Of a stretch of 64,000 nucleotides of DNA, positions 26,482 through 36,320 are shown one piece after another. This stretch comes from an uncultured Dehalococcoidales bacterium. Lineage in GTDB: Bacteria > Chloroflexota > Dehalococcoidia > GIF9 > UBA5629. A model generated the notes under the pieces. It was not told the origin of the DNA. It was given only the letters and a program-made list of their open reading frames with translations, and searched no databases. How positions within the stretch are numbered: position 1 is the first letter of the stretch; each line of letters starts with the position of its first letter. The position numbers were made by a program, and so were the translations under genes. The stretch lies in contig CAZFIM010000004.1 in the NCBI GenBank assembly GCA_964519615.1, forward strand, positions 10,086-74,085. Reading direction: 5' to 3'.

Positions 26482-27648
26482 ATGACATCGATACGCAAAA
26501 GCAAGTCTATCCTCTACAGCGACAGGCCTCTTGGCCCCCTGCCCATGCACCGCATCAAGCGGGTTGAACGGCCGACCACGCTCATTACCGATGAGGTGCA
26601 GCGCATAGATGCACGAAAGACGGCACTATTGCAAGCAGCCGACGGCAGTTACGGAGAAGCGGTAAAAAAGGCGTCAGTGCCTTTCCTGCCTATGAAATAT
26701 CCCATCTCGGCCGCCATAGCAGAGGTTAAAGATAAAATGGCGTCGATAAGAGAAAAAGAAGTGGACGGTATCGCAAGACCGGTCAATACAGATCCTGCCG
26801 TCCTGAGCCGCCATATCAAGTCCCTTGGCTATTTTTTGGGCGCCGATATTATGGGTATCTGCCGCCTGCCGTATTACGCAATCTACTCCCATGATAGAGA
26901 CGGCAATTCCGTAGATATCGAATATAAAAATGCCATCATGATGGTTATGCGCAAGGAGCCGCATACGCTGGCTGCTTCTACTGGGAATGATTGGATAGGA
27001 GACGCTGTTAGTTTTCAGTCGTACACCAGGCTTGCTCTGGCAACTGAGATAATGGCATGTTATATCAAAAGAATCGGCTATCCCGCCTCACCGCAGAATA
27101 TGGTTTCAGGTTATCATGTCCTTTTACCGCCTCTATTACTGTGGGCGGGGATCGGCGAGGTAGCCCGCACCGGCATCATACTCAACCCCTTTTTGGGCAT
27201 GGCCTATAAGGCAGCCGCTGTATTGACAGATATGCCGCTGGAGCCTGATATGCCCATCGATTTCGGCCTGCAGAATTTCTGCAGCCTTTGCCGTATATGC
27301 GCAGATGTCTGTCCCAGCAAAGCCATATCGTCACAAGACAAGGTATTGTACAACGGCTACAAAACGTGGAAGCTTAAAGAGAAAAACTGCGCTGTCTACA
27401 GCGTGACCAATAATACAGGTACTATTTGCCAGATATGCGCCAAGGCCTGCCCCTGGACTAATCCTCTCACCTGGCCACACAATACCGTACGACGTATGGT
27501 ACAGCATTCCGCTCTTGCGGCCAGAGTAGCTATCGCAGCCAGTAAGCTCACCGGCATCAACAGAGGCAATGCCGAGCAGCAATGGTGGTTCGATATGCAC
27601 TATGATAATAACGGCAACCTGGAGATATTGGACCGCGGCGAACAATAA
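26482..27648 (+). CDS. reductive dehalogenase-like cobalamin/2x[4Fe-4S] protein, cytoplasmic catabolic type
   Basis: IKSLGYFLGADIMGICR, WAGIGEVARTG, LNPFLG..K, LTDMPLEPDMPIDFGLQNFCSLCRICADVCP, C-X12-CQICAKACPW, WWFD. No Tat RRxFLK signal. Confidence 0.85.
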   Translation: MTSIRKSKSILYSDRPLGPLPMHRIKRVERPTTLITDEVQRIDARKTALLQAADGSYGEAVKKASVPFLPMKYPISAAIAEVKDKMASIREKEVDGIARPVNTDPAVLSRHIKSLGYFLGADIMGICRLPYYAIYSHDRDGNSVDIEYKNAIMMVMRKEPHTLAASTGNDWIGDAVSFQSYTRLALATEIMACYIKRIGYPASPQNMVSGYHVLLPPLLLWAGIGEVARTGIILNPFLGMAYKAAAVLTDMPLEPDMPIDFGLQNFCSLCRICADVCPSKAISSQDKVLYNGYKTWKLKEKNCAVYSVTNNTGTICQICAKACPWTNPLTWPHNTVRRMVQHSALAARVAIAASKLTGINRGNAEQQWWFDMHYDNNGNLEILDRGEQ

Positions 27649-27653
27649 CTGCT

Positions 27654-27869
27654 CTATCCCGAATCTGCATCATACTGAAAGACTTCTTCTAGAGCGGCGC
27701 CCAGAGCACGGGCTATTTTGAATGCAAGCTCAATCGAAGGTACATATTTGTTCTGCTCCAGGGCAATGATAGTCTGGCGCGTACAGCCGGCGCGCAGAGC
27801 CAGTTCCTCCTGAGTCATCTCATCGCAGGCAAAACGCAGCTTTCTGATACGGTTGGTCACTGCAGGCAC
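27654..27869 (-). CDS. XRE/Cro-type HTH regulator
   Basis: NRIRKLR...MTQEELA...[24 protein letters not shown]. Confidence 0.9.
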   Translation of the reverse strand: MPAVTNRIRKLRFACDEMTQEELALRAGCTRQTIIALEQNKYVPSIELAFKIARALGAALEEVFQYDADSG

Positions 27870-27872
27870 GGC

Positions 27873-28310
27873 TTATCTTCCTCCCTGCGCTTGCCGGTAG
27901 CCCAGCACAATACCCAGAGAAAGCGCAAGGGTACTGATGATAAGAGTGGATAGTAAAATCAGGGTCAGAAAAATAACCGGGACCTGTCCCTGCTCATGAT
28001 AGACCTCGGTCAGAACGATCACCCAGGCTGCCAGAGAAAATACGGCTGCCGCCCACTGCGCTTTAGGCGCCTTACCCAGAACAAGCCTGTCCCGTTCATC
28101 CAACTGCTGCGGTTTCCTGAGCGTAATGTTCACCAATATCAGATATATCAAAGGTACAGCTATCCATATAACGTAGACAATTATCCTGAATCCGCAATCC
28201 TGCTCGAAAGCGCTGATACCACCTTTGACTATAAAGACCGCAATAATGACACAGGAAAGAATGAGCCCTATCACAAGGCTGTACAATGCACGTTTTTGCA
28301 CCGGCGCCAT
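27873..28310 (-). CDS. membrane protein (DUF2178-like) paired with the XRE regulator
   Basis: Four hydrophobic helices, DERD motif. GAAGGAG SD favours ATG 28310 over 28337. Confidence 0.7.
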   Translation of the reverse strand: MAPVQKRALYSLVIGLILSCVIIAVFIVKGGISAFEQDCGFRIIVYVIWIAVPLIYLILVNITLRKPQQLDERDRLVLGKAPKAQWAAAVFSLAAWVIVLTEVYHEQGQVPVIFLTLILLSTLIISTLALSLGIVLGYRQAQGGR

Positions 28311-28342
28311 TGATGTCCTCCTTCTGTAGTTATCCATACTAT

Positions 28343-28402
28343 AGTAACTTCAATATAACATATTGTAATTTATTATTTACATATTGTCAACTATTTATTA
28401 CA
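28343..28402 (-). promoter_or_regulatory. promoter overlapped by three tandem operator palindromes
   Basis: TTGACA (28385-28390), 17 bp, TACAAT (28362-28367) on the minus strand; WGTMA-N8-TWACA boxes at 28343, 28364 and 28385. Confidence 0.8.
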
Positions 28403-28573
28403 TCCCTATCACATTTTTCTGATCGCTTACCGGAGAAGAATTACACATCTACAGTATTCTCATCCAGTACCCCCACCAGTACCTTTTACTCATCTCCAAA
28501 ATAGACTATCGGCCTATTTACGGCAAGCTGCTCCCCTGAGATACTGAAAGGGCACCCTCGTAGTAGTAAATTT

Positions 28574-30280
28574 ATGAAGAAAAGCGGCAAATCAAAAAAC
28601 CAGCCGGTTATCGCTTTTACGGAATTCAGGCAGCTTGCGGATAAGCATTCCGAGACCGATATCGAATACCGCAAGATGAAAGCGTTCTATGATATCGCCA
28701 GGGCAACTACCGGCAGCCTAGATCTACAGGAAACACTGGAGAAGGCACTGCATGAATTGCTGGATATCACGTCTTCTGACAAAGGCATTTGCTATCTGCT
28801 GGATGCGGACAGGGGTATACTCACAGCCAGAGCGCAGGAAGGATTTCAGAAGATAAAAAATATACATCCGGTAGGACTTGGACACGAGGAATTGCGCTTG
28901 CTGCTGCAGTGGAAATCGCCTTGTCAGGAGCCCTCGGAGATAGTAGGCCCGACAACGCTTCAGTGTCTGCTTAAGCCGCTGGAGCGGACAGCAGAAGATC
29001 CATACCTGTTTGTCCCTTTTACAGGAAGAAGTCATATGATTACGCTCATGCTCCTGGGGCGTAAAGGAGTCAATATTTATACCAGAGAAGATCTCGCTTT
29101 GACAGGAGCGTTAGGCGCTGAATCAGGGGTGTGCTTTGAGAATGCTCTCGCTTTTGAGAATGTCAGCCGGCTTGCTACCAGAGATATGCTCACAGAGCTT
29201 TATAATCAGAATTTCTTTTTACAGCGTTTAAATGAAGAGGTAGAACGCAGTGCGCGCTACGGGCAGAAATGCTCGTTCATCATGCTGGAACTGATAGATC
29301 TGGATGTATTTAATAATATCATGGGGCATCCGTGCGGCGAAGCTACGCTTAAGGATGTAGCAGATTGTCTGCGCAAATGCCTCAGGCATATGGATATAGC
29401 CTGCCGGTACGGGAGCGCCTCTTTCGGACTTATACTGCCGGAAACAGGCAGCAAAGAGGCGTATCAGGTGGCGGAGCGCATACGGCAAGCGCTTCAGAAG
29501 CGGTCTATTTTACATGAGACTCTAGATGATACCAGGCTTGCCTATAATATAGGCGTTACCTCTTTTCCCGGCGACGCGCCCTCAGCAGAGGGTCTGATAC
29601 GGAGGGTAGAGATAGCACTGGGAGCCGCAAAACAGAAGGGCGGAAACCGGACCGTTCAGGCATCCGAGGTGCTGGGCACCATCGGAAGTGCGAAACGCTC
29701 GGTCTGGGAAGTAGCGGAGTATCTGGAGGCAGCGGGAGTCAATACCATTTACGGTATGGCAGCGGCAATCGATGCCAGAGACCCCTGCACCTCCAATCAC
29801 TCCCGTAATGTTGCTGGTTATGCCGTCACCATTGGAAATGCGCTGCATCTCCCTTGTGGGGAGATGCAGCGTCTGCGAAGCGCCGCTCTAATACATGATA
29901 TTGGCAAGATCGGTATACCTGATTCCGTGATCAATAAGCCCGGCCCTCCCAACGAAGCGGAATGGAAAATGATACAAAAACATCCTGAACTTGGCTCGGT
30001 CATAGTCAGCCATATGCCGGACCTGAGTCCTTGTGTTCCTATCATACGCCATCATCATGAGTGGTATGACGGCAGCGGTTATCCGGATGGACTTGAAAGC
30101 AATGAAATACCCTATGAATCACGAATCATCGCGGTCGCCGAAGCCTACGATGCTATGATCAACCCCCGCTCATATCATCAACCGCTCTTGCCTGAAGAAG
30201 CTGTTGAGGAACTGCGCCGCTGCTCAGGAACCCAGTTCGATCCGGTAATCATCGCCGCCTTTCTGCCCTCACTGGTATAA
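28574..30280 (+). CDS. GAF + degenerate GGDEF + HD-GYP protein
   Basis: RDMLTELYN, RYGSASF in place of GGDEF, RHMD I-site, HSRNVA, HDIGK, HHEWYDGSGYP, GTQFDP. Confidence 0.88.
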   Translation: MKKSGKSKNQPVIAFTEFRQLADKHSETDIEYRKMKAFYDIARATTGSLDLQETLEKALHELLDITSSDKGICYLLDADRGILTARAQEGFQKIKNIHPVGLGHEELRLLLQWKSPCQEPSEIVGPTTLQCLLKPLERTAEDPYLFVPFTGRSHMITLMLLGRKGVNIYTREDLALTGALGAESGVCFENALAFENVSRLATRDMLTELYNQNFFLQRLNEEVERSARYGQKCSFIMLELIDLDVFNNIMGHPCGEATLKDVADCLRKCLRHMDIACRYGSASFGLILPETGSKEAYQVAERIRQALQKRSILHETLDDTRLAYNIGVTSFPGDAPSAEGLIRRVEIALGAAKQKGGNRTVQASEVLGTIGSAKRSVWEVAEYLEAAGVNTIYGMAAAIDARDPCTSNHSRNVAGYAVTIGNALHLPCGEMQRLRSAALIHDIGKIGIPDSVINKPGPPNEAEWKMIQKHPELGSVIVSHMPDLSPCVPIIRHHHEWYDGSGYPDGLESNEIPYESRIIAVAEAYDAMINPRSYHQPLLPEEAVEELRRCSGTQFDPVIIAAFLPSLV

Positions 30281-30391
30281 GCTCCTTAAAATATAGTACA
30301 TAGTAACTATTTTCTCTATTTCTCCTCTTTTCTCCCCCCATATGCTCTGTCTGTGATAAAATAGTGAAGAATTACGCGCTGGGAATGAGCA

Positions 30392-31354
30392 ATGAGCACG
30401 CCGCATCAGGTTATCCTTGAAGAGCAGAATTTGAATATCAACTCCATCAAGCATGGCAAGTTGACATGGTATTATATAGAGAAGCCAACCGTTCAGGAGG
30501 TCGCCTTTCTTTCACAGAATTTCAGTTTTCATCCCCTTGACCTGGACGATATACTCAGCCGCGTGCAGCGGCCCAAGATAGACGAATATGAACACTATCT
30601 TTTTCTCGTGCTCCATTTCCCTGTTTTCAATAAGGAAAACAGGGTTACCACCTCCAGCGAAGTGGATATTTTCATCGGAGAGAACTATGTAATCACCGTG
30701 CACTGCTCAGCAGACTTGAAACCGCTTTCCAAATTGTTTAAGGAGTGCCAGATAGATCTCGATACCAGGAAAAAATTCATGAGCTACAGCTCCGGTTACC
30801 TGCTCTACCATATCCTGGACCGGCTGGTGAACTACTGTTTCCCTATTCTGAATAAAGTAACCGATAATATCGAGAAGGTCGAAGATCTCATCTTCACCCG
30901 GACAGTGCCGGAAACCGTGCGGGAGATCCTTATGATTCGCAGAGATCTCATCTCCTTCCGGCGTGTCATTCATCCGCAGATAAGCGTGGTGGATTCGCTG
31001 GAGCATGAGGATTATCCTTTCCTGAAAGAAGATCAAGAGATTTACTTCGGCGATATCGCCGACCACACACACAAGATATGGGATGCACTGGAGGACTGTA
31101 AAGAGGTAGTAGACGGACTGGCTGAGACCAGCAATTGGCTTACCTCTCACCGGATACAGGAGGTAATGCGCATTCTCACCATCTTGACCGCTATCCTTGC
31201 TCCGGGTACGCTTATAGCCAGTATTTACGGCATGAATGTAGAACTGCCGGGCGGAGGGTCCGGCAGCTTGATTCCTCTTGTCATCATTCTCTTTATTATG
31301 CTGGGGATCGCCGTAACCATGCTGGTCTTCTTCCGCCGCCGCAACTGGCTCTAA
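30392..31354 (+). CDS. corA: CorA-family Mg2+/Co2+ transporter
   Basis: FHPLDLDD, RPKIDEY, YFGDIADH, YGMNV signature, two C-terminal TM helices. Confidence 0.93.
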   Translation: MSTPHQVILEEQNLNINSIKHGKLTWYYIEKPTVQEVAFLSQNFSFHPLDLDDILSRVQRPKIDEYEHYLFLVLHFPVFNKENRVTTSSEVDIFIGENYVITVHCSADLKPLSKLFKECQIDLDTRKKFMSYSSGYLLYHILDRLVNYCFPILNKVTDNIEKVEDLIFTRTVPETVREILMIRRDLISFRRVIHPQISVVDSLEHEDYPFLKEDQEIYFGDIADHTHKIWDALEDCKEVVDGLAETSNWLTSHRIQEVMRILTILTAILAPGTLIASIYGMNVELPGGGSGSLIPLVIILFIMLGIAVTMLVFFRRRNWL

Positions 31355-31387
31355 TACCTTTGCCTGTGTATAATAGCAAGCTGTATC

Positions 31388-32056
31388 ATGAACGTTTCAT
31401 ATAGACTGGTAGTTCTGGCGGCGCTTTTCGTCACCTGTATAATAACTGCTAATATACTGATAGTAAAACAGATAGCTGTCGCAGGCTTAACGCTGCCTGC
31501 CGCCATCATTATTTTTCCGATAAGCTACATCATCAGCGATATTTTGACCGAAGTCTACGGGTACCGTCAGGCCCGGCGCATAATCTGGCTTGGTTTTGCC
31601 TGCAACCTTATAGCCGTCGTTGCCTTTTGGCTCGGCAAAATCCTGCCGCCGGCGCAAGTGTTTCAGGGTCAGGAAGCTTATGAAAGCATCCTGGGCAGTA
31701 CACCTCGCTTCCTGCTTGCGTCTTTTGCCGGATATATTGCCGGTGAATTCGCCAACTCATTTATACTGGCTAAAATGAAAATCGCAACAGGCGGCAGATG
31801 GCTCTGGATGCGTACCATCGGTTCCACACTGGTGGGAGAAGGAATAGATACGGTCTTTGCGCTGACAATCGCTCTGGCAGGGATACTGCCGTGGCCGGTA
31901 CTGGGTGGCATGATTATCGCGCACTGGCTGCTTAAAACAGCGTATGAAATTATCATTACTCCCCTCACCTATTATGTGGTAAACTACCTCAAGCGCAAAG
32001 AGGATATGGACGTGTACGATGTGGGAACCGATTTCAATCCCCTGCAAATAAATTAA
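31388..32056 (+). CDS. yhhQ: queuosine precursor transporter (VUT/YhhQ family)
   Basis: FPISYIISDILTEVYG, TPRFLLAS, WMRTIGST..G..DT, KTAYE. Confidence 0.88.
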   Translation: MNVSYRLVVLAALFVTCIITANILIVKQIAVAGLTLPAAIIIFPISYIISDILTEVYGYRQARRIIWLGFACNLIAVVAFWLGKILPPAQVFQGQEAYESILGSTPRFLLASFAGYIAGEFANSFILAKMKIATGGRWLWMRTIGSTLVGEGIDTVFALTIALAGILPWPVLGGMIIAHWLLKTAYEIIITPLTYYVVNYLKRKEDMDVYDVGTDFNPLQIN

Positions 32057-32568
32057 TGAGTGAACGGTGGTCCGGGGATAGCAGTATGGCGCCGAGATTT
32101 ATTGTCGACCATAATGTAGGCAAACTTGCCAGGTGGCTGCGGATGATGGGCTACGATTCGCTGCTGTTTACAGGGGCCGATGACGGTATTATGGTAAAGA
32201 CGGCACTACAGCAGAAACGTATAATTCTGACCAGAGACAACGGGATCGCAGCACGCCGTCTGGCAGCAGAGGGAAAGATTACCGTCATTCTTATAAAAGG
32301 AGGGGAGCCGGCCAGACAGCTCAGGCAGGTAGCGGAGGCTCTCAAACTGAAACTGAAATATCGTCCCTTTACACTCTGTCTGGAGTGTAATTGCGAACTT
32401 CAAGCACGGACAAAGGAAGAGGTACGCGGCCGTGTGCCGCCTCATGTTTTCAAGACCCGTTCCAGCTACATGGAATGCCTCTCTTGTCACCGCGTCTATT
32501 GGCGCGGCACTCACTGGGAGGCAATGTGTGATACATTGGAGAGATTTGAAAAGGAAATAGCAAGTTAA
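32056..32568 (+). CDS. Mut7-C RNase domain protein (DUF82)
   Basis: RFIVDHNVGKLARWLRMMGYD, ILTRD, CLECN...CLSCHRVYWRGTH. Confidence 0.88.
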   Translation: MSERWSGDSSMAPRFIVDHNVGKLARWLRMMGYDSLLFTGADDGIMVKTALQQKRIILTRDNGIAARRLAAEGKITVILIKGGEPARQLRQVAEALKLKLKYRPFTLCLECNCELQARTKEEVRGRVPPHVFKTRSSYMECLSCHRVYWRGTHWEAMCDTLERFEKEIAS

Positions 32569-32588
32569 TATAAGGGCAGGATAAGCTT

Positions 32589-34160
32589 ATGAAAGTTGTC
32601 ACCGCTGAACAGATGAAAATGATTGATACCACAGCAGCCGAGCAAGGGCTGCCGACAGAGATATTGATGGAAAACGCAGGACGGGCGGTAGCGGAACAGG
32701 TCCGCCAGCACATGGGGCAGGTGGCGGGGAAAAACATACTGATACTGGCCGGACCCGGGAACAACGGCGGGGACGGTCTGGTGGCAGGGCGTTATTTAAG
32801 CGATTGGGGTGCTGATGTCACGCTCTATCTGCTCGGCCCGCGTTCCGAGGGCGATAAAAACCTGGCAATGGCAATAGAGCGCGAGGTGCTCGTACTGTCA
32901 GCGGCGGAGGACAAGCGTTTAGGCCAGCTTGATAAACATCTGACATCTGCACACACGATCATAGATGCCGTCTTCGGCACCGGCAGGACCAGAGCGATAT
33001 CGGGCATTTATAAAGATACGCTCGTAAGAATTATCAACGTAAAAAACAGGCGCCCTGAAATTATGGTTGTTGCCGTCGATATGCCTTCCGGGCTGGATGC
33101 CAATACCGGAGCGGTAGACGCCAGTACGCCGTTTGCAGACATTACAGTAACGCTGGGAATGCCCAAGCCTGGACTGTACAATTTCCCCGGCGCAGAAAGA
33201 GCAGGAAAGGTCGTTATTGTCGATATCGGCATTCCGCAGCAGCTTTCCAATGACATCATCACGGAATTGATAACAGAGGACTGGGTCAGGTCCATACTGC
33301 CTAACCGCCCTGCCAGCGCCAATAAGGGTACGTTCGGAAAGGTCATGACGGTAGCTGGCTCTATTAACTATATGGGCGCTGCCTATCTGGCCTGCATGGG
33401 AGCGGCGCGAACCGGGGCAGGGCTGGTTACCCTGGCAACGGCAAAAAGCCTTCAGACCGCGCTTGCCGCCAAACTGACTGAAACAACCTACCTTCCTCTT
33501 GCTGAAGCCACAGCAGGAAGAATTGCTCCAGAAGCAGCCTCTACTCTGGAAAAGAATATAGGGGGCTACAATGTTCTGTTGATGGGATGTGGGCTGGGAC
33601 AGCACCCGGCTACAGTGGAATTCGTCAGATCCGCACTGCTGGAAAAAAACATGACCGCCAATAAATCGGTCGTATTGGATGCTGATGCACTCAACGCACT
33701 GGCCACCATCCCGCAATGGTGGCAGAGACTGAAAGGGAATGCTATACTAACCCCGCATCCGGGAGAGATGGCGCGGCTGACCAAGGCTGATCTGGAGGAG
33801 GTCCAGCAGAACAGGCTGGAGTCCGCCCGGGGCGCGGCCGCCTGGTGGAAACAGGTGGTTGTGCTGAAAGGCGCCTATACCATAGTTGCGGCACCGGATG
33901 GCAGGGCGAAAATCAACCCCTGTGCGAGCGCAGCTCTGGCCAGCGCCGGCACAGGGGACGTACTGGCAGGCATTATCGCCGGGCTTGCCGCACAGGGGCT
34001 CGATACGTTCGATGCAGCCGCCTGCGGCGTATATCTGCACTGCCGTGCAGCCCAGACCGCAGCAGCAATCATGGGAGACAGCGGAATACTGGCAGGAGAT
34101 CTACTGCCGCTGCTGCCGAAAGTAATACATACTATAAAACACCCTGAAGAGGACAGGTAG
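32589..34160 (+). CDS. nnr: bifunctional NAD(P)HX epimerase/dehydratase (NnrE-NnrD)
   Basis: LMENAG, GPGNNGGDG, VDMPSG, NKGTFG, VLDADAL, LTPHPGEM, LASAGTGDVL. Confidence 0.93.
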   Translation: MKVVTAEQMKMIDTTAAEQGLPTEILMENAGRAVAEQVRQHMGQVAGKNILILAGPGNNGGDGLVAGRYLSDWGADVTLYLLGPRSEGDKNLAMAIEREVLVLSAAEDKRLGQLDKHLTSAHTIIDAVFGTGRTRAISGIYKDTLVRIINVKNRRPEIMVVAVDMPSGLDANTGAVDASTPFADITVTLGMPKPGLYNFPGAERAGKVVIVDIGIPQQLSNDIITELITEDWVRSILPNRPASANKGTFGKVMTVAGSINYMGAAYLACMGAARTGAGLVTLATAKSLQTALAAKLTETTYLPLAEATAGRIAPEAASTLEKNIGGYNVLLMGCGLGQHPATVEFVRSALLEKNMTANKSVVLDADALNALATIPQWWQRLKGNAILTPHPGEMARLTKADLEEVQQNRLESARGAAAWWKQVVVLKGAYTIVAAPDGRAKINPCASAALASAGTGDVLAGIIAGLAAQGLDTFDAAACGVYLHCRAAQTAAAIMGDSGILAGDLLPLLPKVIHTIKHPEEDR

Positions 34161-34181
34161 AATAAGAGCCGGAGCGCAATA

Positions 34182-34970
34182 ATGTTACTGGCAATCGATA
34201 TAGGTAACTCGAATATCGTTCTGGGCGTTTTCAACGGCAAAGAGCTCATAGGAACATGGAGGATAGTGACCGCTGTCCACCGCATGCCGGATGAATATAC
34301 CAGCCTGATCCTCAGCTTCTTCAACCGCTCCGGCATCGATGCTGAAGATATAAGGGATGCTGTCGTGGGGAGCGTCGTACCTCCGCTCGTTCCGGTATTT
34401 ACGGAAGTATGCCAGCGAACGTTCTCCGTAACGCCTTTGATTGTGGAAGCAGGCATCAAGACCGGCATACGTATCAATATGGACAATCCCCGGGAAGTAG
34501 GCGCAGACCGCATTATTAATGCGGTGGGAGCCTATAAGCTTTACGGCGGCCCGGCTATTATCATAGATCTGGGCACGGCAACCACTTTCGATGTAATATC
34601 GGCGGACGGGACCTATATGGGCGGGGCTATTGCACCGGGTATCGCTATCGCCACGGAGGCCCTTTTTTCCCGTACAGCCGTACTACCGCGTGTGGAACTG
34701 GTACATCCCAAACGGGCTATCGGCACCAGCACTATAGCTGCCATGAATTCCGGCATCGTCTACGGCTATGTAGGACTTATCGAAGGACTGGTAGCACGTA
34801 TAAAAAAAGAATTAGGTGATAATCCCAGGGTTATCGCTACCGGCGGTTATGCTAAGCTTCTGTCGGCTGAAACATCTACCATAGATACGGTCGAACGGGA
34901 TATCACCATGGTGGGAATGCGTCTCATATATGAGATGAACAGAGACTACGACAAAGGGGAGGGGAAATGA
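34182..34970 (+). CDS. coaX: type III pantothenate kinase
   Basis: LLAIDIGNSN, VGADRI, IDLGTATTFD, GGAIAPG, IATGG. Confidence 0.95.
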   Translation: MLLAIDIGNSNIVLGVFNGKELIGTWRIVTAVHRMPDEYTSLILSFFNRSGIDAEDIRDAVVGSVVPPLVPVFTEVCQRTFSVTPLIVEAGIKTGIRINMDNPREVGADRIINAVGAYKLYGGPAIIIDLGTATTFDVISADGTYMGGAIAPGIAIATEALFSRTAVLPRVELVHPKRAIGTSTIAAMNSGIVYGYVGLIEGLVARIKKELGDNPRVIATGGYAKLLSAETSTIDTVERDITMVGMRLIYEMNRDYDKGEGK

Positions 34971-36163
34971 GTTTGAAGGGAAAGACCATCGTGCTGGGAA
35001 TAACCGGCAGTATCGCCGCCTATAAGTCGGTAGACCTGGCCAGCAAGCTTTCTCAGGCCGGAGCGCGGGTGGACGTTATAATGACGGAATCAGCCATGGA
35101 ATTTATTACTCCCCTCACCTTCCGCAACATCACTGCCAGACCGGTGGTGACAGGCATGTTCGACCTGACATCTGAGTACAGCGTGGAACACGTTGCCTTG
35201 GCCGAGGCTGCGGACATCGTGGTGATCGCTCCTGCGACCGCTAATATCATCGCCAAACTAGCGGTGGGACTGGCCGATGATATGATAAGCTGCACCGTTC
35301 TGGCGACAACCGCACCGGTGATAATTGCCCCCGCCATGAACGTAAATATGTATGAGAACTCCGTCACACAGGAGAATATCGCAAAACTCAAGTCGCGAGG
35401 CATAACCTTCGTCGGCCCGCAGTACGGCAGACTGGCATCGGGCCGCATGGGGTTGGGACGGCTGATCGATATAGAGGACATCGTTGACAGCATCAACCGA
35501 ACGCTGGGGGCCAAAGGGGACCTGGCAGGAAGAAAGATCATCGTCACAGCAGGGGGCACACAGGAGCCGCTGGACCCTGTACGCTGTCTTACCAATAATT
35601 CCTCCGGCAAGATGGGCTACGCTCTCGCTACGGCAGCGCGCAACCGCGGAGCGGAGGTTACACTTATCAGCGGAGGCTGCTCGCTGCGCAAGCCCGGAGA
35701 CATCACAGTCATTGATGTATGCACCGCTCAGGATATGTACGAAGCGGTAGACAAGGCATCCACGGATGCGGACGCTCTCATCATGGCGGCGGCGGTAGCT
35801 GACTACCGCCCGGCGAAAGCCTCATCACAGAAGATAAAGAGGGAATCACAACCGGAGTTGACCTTAAAGCTGGAGCGCACGCCGGATGTGTTGGCACAGG
35901 TACGGGGCAATTTCCTGCGCGTGGGTTTTGCCGCCGAAAGTCAAAATCTGCTGGAGAATGCCAGAGCCAAACTTCAGAAAAAAGAGCTGGACCTGATCGT
36001 GGCAAATGATATCACTCTCCCCGGCAGCGGTATTGGCGCAGACAGCAATCAGGTCACTATCATCGATCGTGACGGCAACGTACAGGCGCTGCCCCTTATG
36101 CCAAAAGACGAGGTCGCAGATAAAATACTGGATAAGGTGGCTCTGCTTTTGTGCAAAATCTAG
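34967..36163 (+). CDS. coaBC: phosphopantothenoylcysteine decarboxylase/ligase
   Basis: GITGSIAAYK, APATAN, APAMN, TAGGTQE.LDPVR..TN.SSGKMG, AAAVADY, VGFAAES. Confidence 0.96.
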   Translation: MSLKGKTIVLGITGSIAAYKSVDLASKLSQAGARVDVIMTESAMEFITPLTFRNITARPVVTGMFDLTSEYSVEHVALAEAADIVVIAPATANIIAKLAVGLADDMISCTVLATTAPVIIAPAMNVNMYENSVTQENIAKLKSRGITFVGPQYGRLASGRMGLGRLIDIEDIVDSINRTLGAKGDLAGRKIIVTAGGTQEPLDPVRCLTNNSSGKMGYALATAARNRGAEVTLISGGCSLRKPGDITVIDVCTAQDMYEAVDKASTDADALIMAAAVADYRPAKASSQKIKRESQPELTLKLERTPDVLAQVRGNFLRVGFAAESQNLLENARAKLQKKELDLIVANDITLPGSGIGADSNQVTIIDRDGNVQALPLMPKDEVADKILDKVALLLCKI

Positions 36164-36320
36164 CCCGCCTGTATGGTGATTATTGCTTCAAGATGCTAAT
36201 ATTATGCGTTTTCAGCTATACTTAGTGATATTATTTTAACAGGCGGCAACTGCCGTTTTTAAGAGGCCGCTCCATAGAGGCCTGTTTATTCTAACCGTTA
36301 ATAAAGAGAAGGACCGAACC

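Noticed and set aside
27873-28310. Membrane protein as RdhB anchor of the dehalogenase-like gene
   Set aside because: Opposite strand, paired with an XRE regulator under its own operator array, larger than RdhB and lacking the WYxW-type motif.
3690-28400. Integrative element inserted at tRNA-Arg
   Set aside because: No integrase, transposase or conjugation gene, and I found no duplicate of the tRNA 3' end (attR) by eye. It is treated as an accessory region only.
36164-36320. T-box leader for valS
   Set aside because: Only about 160 nt; small hairpins are present (GGCGGCAACTGCCGTT; AACAGGC/GCCTGTT), but there is no T-box UGGnACC motif or terminator.
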